A DNA stretch of 62,477 nt, counting the filler, from Sphacelaria rigidula (taxonomy: Eukaryota): NCBI GenBank assembly GCA_964200075.2. It is 6 parts of 6 records of this genome, joined end to end, with 100 filler letters (N's around TTAATTAATTAA, not from the genome) between each part and the next. Parts side by side here need not be neighbours in the genome. Positions count along the whole stretch, not along the records: positions 41,720 to 52,048 come from CAXNAA020006711.1; positions 52,149 to 62,477 come from CAXNAA020006712.1; 4 more parts are not named here. One strand, 5' to 3'. Of the stretch, positions 49,019-61,307 are shown in pieces (position 1 is the stretch's first letter; every line of letters begins with the position of its first letter). Both the position numbers and the translations under genes were made by a program. The notes under the pieces were generated by a model that was not told the origin of the DNA, made no database searches, and was given only the letters and a program-made list of their open reading frames with translations.

Positions 49019-50147
49019 CATGCGTGGACAAATAGCACCTTGTAGGACGAGCTGCACAGGGTTCTCCACAGTCTTTGTGAAAACCCCTGTGTAACATTTG
49101 CAAACCCTAGTACCTGTGATAGCATTTTGCATAGCGTTTTTATCGAAACTCTGCAAGCAACCCTGTGGAGAGGCCTTCCCAATTTGGAAAATTCAAAATT
49201 ATTTTGGTACAAAATCTGTAAATTTATCTTTTCGGGATAGCTTCTCCTGCTGTCCGAGATAAACTCCTTTCAGCCAGCTAAAAGGAATTTATCTCGGACA
49301 GCAGGAGAAGCTATTCAAAACAGATCCTTTTTCGCCCAATTTATTTGGGCAAAAAAAAATATGTTCCGAACATATCCCGCATACTGCACCGTTATCAATA
49401 TATGTGATCCGACAAGCAGAAGAAATTGTTGGAAGTAATTCATCCTTTTGCCCCTTGGTCCATGCACATGGGCTAAAGGATGAATGATTCTCAACAGCTT
49501 TTGCTGAATCGAGATCCGATACAGTGATGACGATCGAGTGTACATCCACACGCCTACGAGTTTAGAAACAACGCTTCCGCTCAAGACGTGGGTGTTGGGA
49601 TGGCGGAATGTACCTCGCATATGAATTCACATTGCTTTTGAAAATTCCGTGGTCCGCAGTCTACCAAAATCACTCAACCGACCAAGCTTTTGTTTGGAGA
49701 GGTTTTTGAATGATGTTCATTAAAAGCACAAAATCATTTCGATGTGAAAAACAAAACAGATGGCTCAATACACAAGCTGGTGCCGTCCCGCGCACTAAAT
49801 CGTGATAGCATTCCTCACCCCCGCCACTCTTCAACCGTTTTCTTCTCCCAGTACCATGCCCATCCTGTATATGGAGTATATTGTTGGCGTGCTATGAAGG
49901 CTGCACAGCATATTAATAGCGCTGAATTCTACACGGAGTGATGAAACCCTGTGTAGCGCCCTGTGTGGCACAAAATAATACCCTGCAGTCAAACCCCCGC
50001 GAGGAACCCTGCACAGTTACCCTGAACCCTGTGAAGCGTCTAGTGGGGCGCAAAAACAAAACTACAGCCAGATCCCCGCGAAAAACTCTGCACAGTTTCC
50101 CTGAACCCTGTAGACGTACCCCACAGGGTGCAATTTGTCCACGTGTG
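49019..50147. mobile_element. Non-autonomous DNA transposon with CACAC-type TIRs (CACTA/EnSpm-like)
   Basis: catgcgtggacaaatagcaccttgtagg versus reverse complement cacacgtggacaaattgcaccctgtggg; many subterminal ACCCTG(T/C) motifs at both ends. Confidence 0.65.
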
Positions 50148-52048
50148 GGGGGCGATTCACTAGTGACACAGGCTTCCAAGAGTAGGGCGCGAACGGGCGG
50201 GAACCAGCGTAGCATGAACAAAAAGGTGGCTATTGAGTGCAGTGGCACAACATTCAAGTGCGAGCGGCGCCCAAAACACGCGGAACGATTCTTCGTTCAT
50301 TGCGTGCCAGCACTTTCAATGATACTCCAATACTGGTTTCCGCGTTTTCTCTCGCTGTGTTTTTTGGGGGATAACTATGATGGTCGTCGGGATAGACCGT
50401 GTTGTGCAGGGTGGAAAATCTCATCTCCGCGCCAGGGACAGCCGTACTACATGATATTCGAATGATGGACACCATGAGGCAGTGTAACCTGTGGCCGTCT
50501 CAAGGGGTGTTGGTACCAGAGAGTGAACATAATCATTCGAGGCCTCCATCCATATGCGAGATAATTAGTACGCTTCCGGCCAAACAATCCCACCAGGATG
50601 CAGCTCACCCCTTACGCAACTCGCCGAACACATCACTGCACCTCGCTCTAGCGATTGACCGCGAGCCTGGTACGACGAAACCGCGGCGAGCTCCGTCCCG
50701 GCTTCGTAGGGATACGAGGTCAACGGTCTTGCGACGACGGCATGCAAGATCATGAGTTCCCACCCTCCGCCAGAGATGCCGTCTGACATCAAAATCATTG
50801 GTTTATGTTGTATGTTATTTCATCAGCCGCCCTGAGCCCTAAAATCGTTCCTTGCCATTTTTTGGTTGTTGTAAGCGTCGTGATGACATGGGTGTTGTGA
50901 CCACCTGGGGAACCCCCCTTTTCTCGGCAAATCTCAATGCGTGGTCTAGGCTTCAGCTCCAGCCGAAGGAATTCCGAAACAACCTCCACATACAGTTGAG
51001 GGCATTTGAGGGATTCAGCGCAAACGAAACGGGCGCGACAAATAGACAAACCTGATCATATGCAGTGCGGGAGCACGAGCCCCGCATCTAAATTTTTTGA
51101 GTGTAAAAGAGCCGGAACAAATGTTGCGTAGTAAGGCCAAATGAGATATTCCCGGGATGTACTTTTGAAGTATCCCATTGGAGTGTTGTCATGACACACT
51201 TGCCATGTGTTATCGCGTCGCGAATTAAATCGAATCTGTATCTCTTCGTAGTTATGCCCGATCACTCCATTCCAGACCTGTGGCCATCAGAACGCCTGGT
51301 GTTATTGTTGAGCATCATGCTAGCGGAGCTTTGCCTGCTGCCACGCGTACCTAAAATACTTCGACATGAAGCACATATGGTAGTAAAGCACCGTGAAAAT
51401 ATTGACTTAGCGCCATGTTGCCTCGAAGTCAAGGTTGTCATTAGACTCACTGTGGTGGGAGACTGCTACGACGACAAATCCCCTCGTTTAATTTACCGGA
51501 GTTTCATGCTGCTTGCTTCCCATGATGTATTTTTCTTTGTCTCTGGCAGACTTTTTACGATTGATATCCTGTGGAGCATGAAGGCGCTCTTGCTCCTTCT
51601 ATTGTGGCTCACCACCTTCTTGGGCCCCTCTGCAGGTGGGTTTGGATTATGATAAGCAAATGCAGTCGACGGGAGTTCGTGTCCTACAAGTGACGGCAGT
51701 GGCTCAGATGCTTGTGTGATTCGTCTTGTGTTCCGTCCGAAGCGAGGTTTGGAAAAACCAGAGTTGGTTCAATTTTCCAGCATGAGTTAACCTTCACACA
51801 CTGAAATGCATCGACTGCTAGTCTAGACCGCTAACGCTCGCCAAACCACCTTCTCAAACACAGCATGAAACTCCGTACATTGGAATGTATTCGCTCCTCC
51901 CACATGGCACACCGGTTCGAGTGGCTCTTCACATCCCTCCAGCACAAAAGAACGTCTGCCCTCGGTCGCGTCGTTCCTCCCCCCCCCCCCCCCCCCCCTT
52001 ACCTCTTCCTTACCTCGCTCTTTCTCCTGCTCTTTTCGTTGCCGCGGT

Positions 52049-52148
52049 NNNNNNNNNNNNNNNNNNNNNNNNNNNNNNNNNNNNNNNNNNNNTTAATTAA
52101 TTAANNNNNNNNNNNNNNNNNNNNNNNNNNNNNNNNNNNNNNNNNNNN
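52049..52148. other. Artificial contig linker
   Basis: N44-TTAATTAATTAA-N44. Confidence 0.98.
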
Positions 52149-53862
52149 TTGCTGAACGTGCAATTCAACAACTGATGAGGATAGCACGCAGCCAACTGGT
52201 GAAAGCGGGACGCGGAGAGGACTACTGGTTCTTCGCTGTGGCGGACGCGGCATTCAAGACCGCAGGAATGCCCCACGAGTACCTCGGGGGCGAGACCCCA
52301 TGTGAGAGACTGACAGGAAAACCTTTCAACTACGACCGGCTTCGTACTTGGGGATCGGAGTGTTTTGTGCATCAGCACAAGCAGCAACGCGGCGCCGCTG
52401 CAAAGTTCCACCCATATGCGAAGCGGGGCATCTTGGTGGGGCACGATCGGCATTCTCTCTGCTGGTATGTATGGCTGATACAAGAATCAAAGCTCGTGAA
52501 GTCTTCACACATCACGTTTGAATCAGAGACCAAGATCCTAGACATCGTGGGGGAGCTGAAGGCGGTCGAACTCAGTGATGACGAGGACGAGCCATCGGCA
52601 GAAGTGGAAGCAGCGCCAATCGACGGTGATGATGGCCCGGATGGACAGCCACCACAGGACTCGACATCATCGAAGCGCTCTTCTCCGGACAGTGGACTGC
52701 GCAGGTCCAGCCGACTGGCGCAACGGCATCGAGGGGACAACGCACAACAACGCTTCAGGAGTTCTGACGACAGCAGTTCTGATGACGGAAATTTCCTCGC
52801 CACCCTTCTACAAGAAGAGGACATGGATGCATTCTGCATGCTCGGGGGTGGAATCGTCACTGGACCACAGGAACCGTCGACAGCGAAAGAAACCCTGGCA
52901 GAACCTGATGCTGACAGATGGAAAGTGGTCATGGAAGAGGAAACCCAACGGAAGGGCAACGAGCCTCACAGCCGAGAGGCCGGTGAACCGCTGGGACCGC
53001 GGGGGCCACCGGCGGCGCCCGTATTTCATATGACTCCAAGCGCAGACGAGCGCTCCAACGGCCCAAAGACCAAGGCATCACACACAAGAAACGAGCCGCA
53101 GGTCGGACTGGAGGATCAAGCCTCCTCTAACGGCGATGATCGTGAACGAGGCCGAATCACCGAACCAACGCAGACGCTGGGCAATCACGAAGAAGCCAAG
53201 CTCAAAAATATATTCGTGCCGAGCGCGGACGGTTCTGGCCTTGACCAAGAAGCGAAGGAACAGCCCGCGGTGAAGAAAACGATAAAGGCAGTGGAGGGAC
53301 TCCCTAAGGGTGCGGGATGCATGCCGAGCAAGGACAACCTCGCACAGAGCCAACATACGTTCAAGTTGCCGTTCTCGACGAAGGATGTCAGAAGGGAAAA
53401 GGCGCCGGAAGTCGGGACGAGTCTGGAGGGTCCAGGTCCACCACGTGGCTTCTTTGGCATTCAATGGAAAGAATCGTTTGCCTCGTATCTAGAACGTTGA
53501 GTGTGATCGTATCAGCTCTCTGCTGTCACCGCTATACGATCATGGGGGAGTGTGCAGATTATGTATTGGACATAGATCTCATACGTAGATTCTCGGGCAT
53601 ATAGTCAACCAGCCTGGTAGGAGCCAGTGCGGTTCAGTACAAAGTACCGACAGGAACGGTCCGGGAACCAGTACTGTAGCCAGTGTTTAGTCTAGCCAGA
53701 CCGGCTCCGCGGCTCTATATTGTAAGCTCTACAGTTGGGGTTTAGGGCTGAGATTCAGAGAGCGAAGGTTCAGATAGAGCTGTACACCAGCGGGCGCTAT
53801 AAAACGGTGCACTGCGAGGAAGCGCGCCACGGCTACATCAAACAACACCTCACAAGTGCACA
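52149..53862 (+). mobile_element. Ty1/Copia 3' portion lacking RT and RNase H, with PPT and 3' LTR
   Basis: Integrase C-terminus and SH3-like region in ORF 52175-53500; PPT atgggggag directly before TG at 53551; LTR end at about 53854-53862 (CA). Confidence 0.85.
52175..53500 (+). CDS. Copia pol fragment: integrase C-terminus/SH3, first RT residues, then unrelated in-frame tail; 5' truncated by contig end
   Basis: YWFFAVADAAF...TPCERLTGKPFNYDRLRTWGSECFVH...KFHPYAKRGILVGH...KSSHITFES; EPSTAKETLAEPDADRWKVVMEEE then no RT motifs. Confidence 0.75.
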   Translation: MRIARSQLVKAGRGEDYWFFAVADAAFKTAGMPHEYLGGETPCERLTGKPFNYDRLRTWGSECFVHQHKQQRGAAAKFHPYAKRGILVGHDRHSLCWYVWLIQESKLVKSSHITFESETKILDIVGELKAVELSDDEDEPSAEVEAAPIDGDDGPDGQPPQDSTSSKRSSPDSGLRRSSRLAQRHRGDNAQQRFRSSDDSSSDDGNFLATLLQEEDMDAFCMLGGGIVTGPQEPSTAKETLAEPDADRWKVVMEEETQRKGNEPHSREAGEPLGPRGPPAAPVFHMTPSADERSNGPKTKASHTRNEPQVGLEDQASSNGDDRERGRITEPTQTLGNHEEAKLKNIFVPSADGSGLDQEAKEQPAVKKTIKAVEGLPKGAGCMPSKDNLAQSQHTFKLPFSTKDVRREKAPEVGTSLEGPGPPRGFFGIQWKESFASYLER

Positions 53863-54021
53863 TAGGTGACGCGTGTATTTTCCGTTGATATGATTAATGG
53901 ATTACCGGCCACTTCTGACGCATGTAGCGTTCAGCTTGCACTTCCCATGAATATAGTGCCGAAAATCTGCAATTCCTACCCATAACTGTCCTGTCTAATT
54001 TTTGGCCAAAAACGAAACTGT

Positions 54022-54198
54022 TGTAATGCGTGAGAGGACCGCGTGCTTGGAGGACCGCGTCGGAAGTTGAACATCCCTATGGTTGGGGTTGGGGTTGGGG
54101 TCAGGGTCGTGGTACCTGCAGGGACTGGCCCGATTGGTTTTGGAGAACGTCGATACTGAGCTGTTTCGAGCTACGGTGCGGTCCTCTCACGCACTACA
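54022..54198 (+). mobile_element. MITE carrying telomere-like repeats, copy 3
   Basis: TIRs tgtaatgcgtgagaggaccgc / gcggtcctctcacgcactaca; internal ggttggggttggggttggggtcagggtc; CTGT on both flanks. Confidence 0.8.
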
Positions 54199-57100
54199 CT
54201 GTGACCTACAGAAAACGCAAAGGTGCTCTGGAACGGTCTCAGGTGTCAACATCCGCTGAGCCCTCTTTTCGGGGCAAAAAGGGCGGAAAAGGGTCAAAAA
54301 ACACTTTTCAACAAGTTACATTTTTTTCGATACGTAACAAGTATAACTAGTAGCTTAAAAAAGGAAGAGGAAAATAGAAAATTGGAAGCGCGATTGCGAA
54401 GCAAAGCAATCTACAGAAAAAAAGCGCTGAAAATGAACTGATTAGTTACTGTGACGGTAGTTTTCAGGGATGGACCTATGCAATACTGCTTCGAGTTTTC
54501 GCCGACCCAGCAAGCATCAATCATCACGGTTTGAGACCAAATATAGACAATTTTGGGTGATTGTGCAGATTTGATGTTCCCGCAGGTCTCGACGGACGGC
54601 CAGAGTGTAGTCGTAGGTAGCTGCCTGTGACTGGGTGCGTGCTAGCTCGGATTTATCGAGTTTTTGAATATCTGCCCACAAACTTCGCAGCAGCCTAGAT
54701 TCATCTTGGTTGAGGGGCAAGGTTGTTTGTTGGGCAAAAGACATAGAGTGGGCATATCACCACCTGTTTCAACCCAAACGTAGGTATGGGTAACCGCGCA
54801 AGGTTTTGCTGTCCGTGCTAGGCCCAACCGACTTGTAAATCAATCCCAACGCGAAGACAAGGCGCCTACAGCCCATGCAGACAGAGCATGTGCACAACTT
54901 TCACGAAAAAAAGAGCGCGATTCAGGGCCAAACAACACAACGGGAAACATGATCTGCGCGTTACTCGTGTGTGTCAGCTTGTGCTCGTCTATACTCGAAT
55001 GTCCGTCGGAGGAACTTCGGCCGACTTCATTTTTCGGCATAAAATCAAAACACCACCCGACCCGCCTTGCACATGCTACCTACACCATATACTCCCGCAC
55101 CACTCAATGCCCTGGACCGTTAATCTAGTTGAGCAGCCGCTCCTTGTGTTAGAATCTTGACACATGAATGGCCACGTACACGCAATAACCGTCACTGTTG
55201 GCACGATCGCCGCTACTTCGCGCTCTTGACAACCTCCATCCTTGGGGACGACAGCGTCTTGCTTTTATCGTTTCTGAGGGAAGAATATGTTCAGTCATCC
55301 TGTGGCGTACATTTTGTTGGAAATGCTACAAGACAGGCCCACGGCTCCCTGTAGAGACTGGCCCTGGTGTCTGTGAAGCAGACGTACCAGGTGCGCTGTG
55401 CCGGGGATATGTACAAGCTGTTGAAAGGTATCGCTTGAGGGCACGATAAGGGCGGAGACGGTGAAGTGTAAGAACCTCATAGACTGTAGTGACAGAGGTG
55501 GACCTCTGTCTCGCACGACCCTGACAGTCCTGTAAAGTGTATAATATATGTGATATTTCTTCCATCGGATCTGACCAATGCACTACTCAACAGTACCGAG
55601 ACACCCCCCCAAATTGATCATATACTCATGCTATACGAACGAGTCGTTGTAGTTGTTCCCTGATCTCCTGTCGTACACCATGTTACGAAGCGTGGCATGA
55701 GCTACATAGCCATATTTCTCAACACATGAATTCCATTGTGCACGTATTGATTCACCAATTTCTTATCCATGCACTCGTGAACGCCCGCAGCACCTACATG
55801 CGCTATCTACCAAATCAGCATCACGTTTCACCTAGTGAGTCGCTTAACATTTTTGTCCATCTGTGGGTGCTTGGAGGGCAAACCTGATCAATTTCAATGA
55901 TATGGTCCTGTCTCCGTCGCTTCACCCAACTTCCCACGATACACATTCTTCCCTTGACTCATGACGTGCTGCCCTGTATCTGCTCATCCGCTCAACACAC
56001 GCATGTTTACAACTTCTCTCTCATCGTCCACTCGATGCAGCCCTTCCTGTATATGTGCAGTGGCTCTCTCACGTTCTCCGCAGCCACCTCTACTCCCTTG
56101 TAATCCGTCAGTGCCGCTGAGATTTGCCCCTACAAGATCTCACGATATGGCCACACATGGTTCTTTTTGGGGGTACGGGTTTTCCTCCTGTGAGGAAACT
56201 AACGACGAAAAAGACGTCGCTGGCCCACCGGTGGTGTCTTGCTGGCACCTGCGGTATCTATCCCTGCTTTTAGGGTTCATCATCTATCGGTCATCCATGA
56301 AATCGCTCGTCACTCGGTCGATCCATCCATCGATTCAGGACTTCGTACAGTGACATCCACTAAATTGTGACTTGGCTATTTTGCTCCGGCCTCAGGGTTC
56401 TTAACCCAACATTGTCATCGAATTCATTCCATTCCCGCATGGCTGTCCGATTACCGCCACAAAAAACGCACGGTAAAATCGGGTTGAGGACAATCTGCTC
56501 GGTCAGTACCTCCAGCAACTCCTATGAAACTCATCGTGCACGTCGAACATTGAATAGTCCAACACCTCCCTGTACGTGGGATATCCACACTCACGGCGAT
56601 CGTACTAGTTCCCATAATACGCGAACACGTGTGGACAACATACTGCTGTTGTCTTCCGTCGCGGGGAAAATACATAAATGAGCAATGCGTAGTGTCCATT
56701 TACGCCATCACACTTCTCAACCTCCCTATTTCAACGTAGTACCCCCGTCCGCATTCCGATTATCGCTCCAAGCGAACGGAATCAAGCGCCTCGAACCGGG
56801 CGCCTGGCGTGAAATGCGATTGCGCCTGTATCGCAGGCATACAGTCGAACGCTTGCACGAGTAAAACCTCCCAAGAACCTCCTGCCGCACCCGCGGACAC
56901 TGATAGCTCATAACGGTAGATATTAGTGTTTGCTGTGCAACTACGCTGTTACCTATGCTGTTCATTTGTGCCACTTGGTGCGAACGACTGTCACGCACAC
57001 TCGCCCCGCATCTCTTCTGCGTTAACTCCGTATCAATCTTACATGAGGGTTACCATCTTCGCTAAAGATTTACATCTCCCCCCCCAGGACCTAATACGTG

Positions 57101-57466
57101 GATTCAACTGTCAAGAAACACATATTCGAACACAATTTCACGCAAATTCGATATATGGAAGAGTACAGTTTCCGTCCCCCTTCTAATGCACCGTGTATTG
57201 CCTACGCTCCGCCACTTCACAAAAGCGTGTTCAAGAGTCCAAATACCCCACGTGCCCCCGCAGCCCTCACTGCCTACGACACCCCATGACGCTGGCCTAC
57301 GCTAGAAACATTCGCCCCTTTCATATTTACACTTCCGAGAGAGTTAGCCTACCGCAGGTATTTCAGACTTCCGCAACAGCTCCAAGGCAGTCGTGGCAAA
57401 AGACCTTACCGCTACTGCATCATGGTACAATTTCCGAGTTGTGATACTCAGACAGGAGCTCTTCAT

Positions 57467-57625
57467 GGGGAGCTTCGTTACGAGACGCGGCATCATACCG
57501 CCACCTCTCATCGATTCACTTCCACCCGGCCGCCAAGGTGGGTCGTGGAGCTTCCATAAAATACACTACGTCACATCGCCAGCTGTCATCGATCCATTCC
57601 CATCGGGCCGTCGAGGTAAGTCGCA
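57467..57625. repeat. Degenerate two-unit tandem repeat (unit about 79 bp)
   Basis: ggagcttc...cgccacctctcatcgattcacttcc...ggccgccaaggtgggtcg versus ggagcttc...cgccagctgtcatcgatccattccc...ggccgtcgaggtaagtcg. Confidence 0.6.
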
Positions 57626-58189
57626 GTTGGTACGGGGGTTTCTCTGTCGCAGGAAGCCTCAAATTCACACCGGCAGGGCTCTGCGGGGTTTCTTACCCTC
57701 CTAAAGGTCAAGGATATTCTGGTTGACCGCTTCGTCAACACGCCGCAGACCTACAACGGCAAAACAACAAAACAGGCGAATACAACGTCTAAGATATGGA
57801 AGTTCGCGTGATAACAAAAACAAAACAATTGTTCAAGCAGGCGAAGATGGTTCACATTCGATGAAGATTCTGCGTTTCGTCTTTAAAACGTGGGCTGACT
57901 AGAGTAGCTCTGCCGGCGACATGGCTGTCTGTAACACGACAGCAGGGGTTCAGCATCGAAGCCTGAAACCAGACGAGAAGACGCCGGAACAAACATACGC
58001 ACAATAGAGTCTACCCGATGACCTGGACGAAGCCAACAGGACCAGTGCCATCCCTGGGAGCTGTGGCAGCTACACACTCACGCTGAAACACAGATGCGGT
58101 ACAGAATGGTGCTCGAATCAGAAGAGGCGGCAAGAAACGCTAGCACACTGTGGGAAGGATCGTAGTCTAGATAAGGTACATGAGTGTTG

Positions 58190-60590
58190 TCCGCCGTGAA
58201 ACGTTATTACTCTGGACAAAAAATTGAGGACCTGGGAAAACGCGCCCCATGCACCGCTTTCGCTTGGGGTTTTTCAGGCAAATATATTGGGGATATCTTC
58301 TGCATCTGTGCCTCGGCTAAAACTACGCGAAAAAAATACATATCCTCACCTCATACGGCCATGCGCAAAAAAGCGGTTGTTCACCGAAACCCGTCCCACC
58401 ATATTTAGGCCAGGTTTCGACAAGTACATCCGATTAAGTCATTATTTTTCCTACATACTTTTTCTAGGCAGCCATGCCAACCTCGTTAAGGCGGGTGCGG
58501 ACTACCTACGGTACCCCATGTATTCGGCGCGCGGGGTACCCAAAACCCCAGCAGCAATAACCATGGCACTTGCACAATCGGTTCTTATTGTCTTGGTTTT
58601 CATTCACCAAACACAACGGCCAAACCCGGCGCCAACACTTTGTCGGTGTTTTCGGACGGACTATCTGGTAGAGTAGTTTTGTGTTGCTGTCTCGCGGCTC
58701 TTGCGCGAACAGATTAGTCGAGAACATGAACGATTGTCTCGTATCAAGCACGTCATGGCATCGTCCAGTACCTCTCCAAGAGAGAGCGCACGTTGTAGTT
58801 GTGATCGTGCGGTTCGTGACACGCCTTCAGCAGACGTATCTATGATTCCACGTGTATATGCTTTTCCCAAGCAAATACGTGTGATTTTTCTCGCTATTTC
58901 GATGATGATGCAACTCAGCGCCGTAGTCAAATGGACAAATGTATCAAACACGCGCTGGTCACTCGTCATCTACAGCAGTACCAGTATATCGGCAGTGAGT
59001 TGTCCTGGTCCGTGGTCGGAGCCACTACTGACTACTTACCGAGGTGTGTAATTGAATGATTCAACCGATCAGCTGTAAAACGCCACATGACTCAGTACTA
59101 GATACAGTGGTTTTCATCTGAAATATGATATTTTCGTAGTTTTTCCGAAGTCGGGGATATTCGAAATGTTTTTGTGTGCCACCGCTCATCTCAGTGACCG
59201 TTTGACACCAAATTTCGGGGATGGGGAGACACTAGTTATCCCCTCCACATTCCGAATCAAGATCACATCTGCTCATTATTGAACGACTCACGGGCTGATC
59301 GTTTTCGGGGGATCCTGAGACTACCCAGCCCCAGGTTTTGAACCTCGAGTATTTTTGCTCGATTGAAGCAATCCCAATCGTTTTCGTGAACAAATGAACA
59401 TGATTTCATTCTTTAACTTCTACTTATTTATCGCGCTAGAGCCGAAAAACTGTGGTTTTTGGAACAGTGACGGTCGATAACACGCCCTGATGAACAAGGT
59501 AGTTACTCCGTATCACCCCGACAACACCAAGTGAGGATTTTGTTCTGAGCACGATCCGGCTCTCTTTTCAATATCGTTCGAAGCTAGGACTTTTGAGCGC
59601 CAAGGAAGGATACTACAGAAGAGAATTGCCCAACCGATCTCTGCACAGCACAGGCGGGGGTGAAACAATTTCGATCACTCTCATGAACAATTTATCGAAC
59701 CCTTCGGTTTTATTTTTACCCATTCATTGCGCTAGAGCCCAAAAAAATGTGTTTTGGACCAAAAGCGGTCAATAACACCCTCTGTGAATTCATCTCGGAA
59801 ATCGCTCGATATTGAGTGAAGATACGACATTTGTTTCGGAATGTGGAGCGGGTGCCTAGTTTCTCCCGACTTCCAAACGTTGGGATCAACCGCTCGCTGG
59901 GATGAGCGGTGGCTCGCGAAAAATCATTGAAAGTCGCCGACTTCGAAAAAATCACAAAAATTATTTATTTCAGATGAAAACTGCTGCACACACATCGTGC
60001 AGGCCGAAGATTCGAGGGGTAGTGGGTGGTGTTATGAGGTGCTTGACACGAGAGAACCATTCACGTTCCCGACCAATCTGGTTGTCGGCGCAAGAGCCGC
60101 GAAACAACAACACAAAACTACTGTACCACATAGTTCTCCCGGAAACGCCGACAAGTTGCCGGCGCCTGGCTTGGTCGTTGTGCTTGGTGAATACAAACTA
60201 AGCGAAAAGAGCCGATTATGCAAGTGCCGTGGTTTTTGCTGCTGGGGTTTTGGGTACCCCCGCGCGCCGACTACATGGGATATCGTAGGCAGCCCGCATC
60301 CGCCTTGACGAGGTCGGAATGGCTGCTCAGAAATGTGTTCAGAACAAAGAATGACTACATTCGATGTACCTGCCGAAATCTGGCATTACGAAGGTGGGGT
60401 GGGTTCCGGTGGACGACCGCTTTTTTGCGCATGGTCGTGTGATGCGAGAGCATGCGCGTCTTTTCCCCGTGTTTTTCTTCTCAAGGTACGGATACAGCAC
60501 ATATCCTCGATAGGCGTCTGTGGCGTGTTTGCCAAATTCTGCATATTGAGTCCAGAATCACGCTCATTCAGGGCGAAAAACAAAAGGGTT
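58190..60590. mobile_element. Foldback structure with about 570-bp imperfect inverted arms (58190-58760 and 60030-60590)
   Basis: ggcgcgcggggtacccaaaaccccagcagca...cgcggctcttgcgc...tcaagcac versus gtgcttga...gcgcaagagccgcg...tgctgctggggttttgggtacccccgcgcgcc. Confidence 0.8.
59105..59986. mobile_element. Tc1/mariner-like MITE with about 190-bp TIRs, nested in the foldback
   Basis: TA-cagtggttttcatctgaaata...tatttcagatgaaaactgctg-CA; arms stay similar through ctccacattccgaa / ttcggaatgtggag. Confidence 0.8.
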
Positions 60591-61170
60591 TATCGTGTCC
60601 AGACCCAGGCTCTTCGAGAAACTTCAAAACCACTTCGAACACATTGCTTTGTGCGAATTTTTCGGTCAATACGCTTTACGTGTTCTGCCAGCACATACCG
60701 CAAGGATACGTAGTAACTCTCTGGGCACCGAAACTTAGGACGACCTGATAGCATTACTTCGGGGGTACTGTTTCCCAATACTTCGAAGTACAAACCGATG
60801 TGGCTTGCCGACTATCGTATATCACGGTGCAAAAAGATCCGTACGTAAGAAACAACCTCCGCCGCCTGGATAACACCCCCGGGTTGTGAGGGTTCAGCTG
60901 TCGACACCATTTGAGAACCTACAAAATCATATCGGGGCAAATTCCATGCCCGGGTGATGGAAGTTCCAAAATCTCCTCCACCGGTGGTCCAACACATCGT
61001 AGTCTAGGGTACGTAGTTAGCAAGCGTGTTGCTGTGTCGGCAGGCAGCTCGAACTCCTCGAGCCAGCGGATCAAAAGAGAACCTCAGAGGGGAAGAAAAA
61101 AATGTTGACATGCTTCCTGGAAAGCATCGTGACAGTCTCAGGTTATCAAAGGGTTCATGACGCGCCTCAC

Positions 61171-61307
61171 CATATCGGTCTTCCGACTAGCGATGCCGTG
61201 GGACCACTCGTACCGCGCTGCACCCTCCATGATCAGCAACGAGCCTCGGGGAAGGTAGATATTCTTCACGCGCTCTCCGTCGGGGTGACGCATGTCCATC
61301 ACACAAC
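61171..61307 (-). CDS. ALKBH8: ALKBH8-type 2OG-Fe(II) dioxygenase exon
   Basis: cttccgtag acceptor and gtgagg donor; GCVMDMRHPDGERVKNIYLPRGSLLIMEGAARYEWSHGIASRKTDM. Confidence 0.9.

Noticed and set aside
50850..51350. Decayed coding-like sequence (EYLIWPYYATFVPALLH) on minus strand
   Set aside because: Several stops and no motif I can assign; possibly a TE relic but unverifiable by eye.
54517..54744. 75-aa minus-strand ORF with protein-like composition
   Set aside because: In-frame stop just upstream, no recognisable domain, repeat context; cannot be supported.
60845..60918. Next ALKBH8 exon (VLKWCRQLNPHNPGVLSRRRRLFLT)
   Set aside because: Phase fits and RLFLT resembles RISLT, but the conserved Ser and final Arg are absent and the rest does not resemble ALKBH8.
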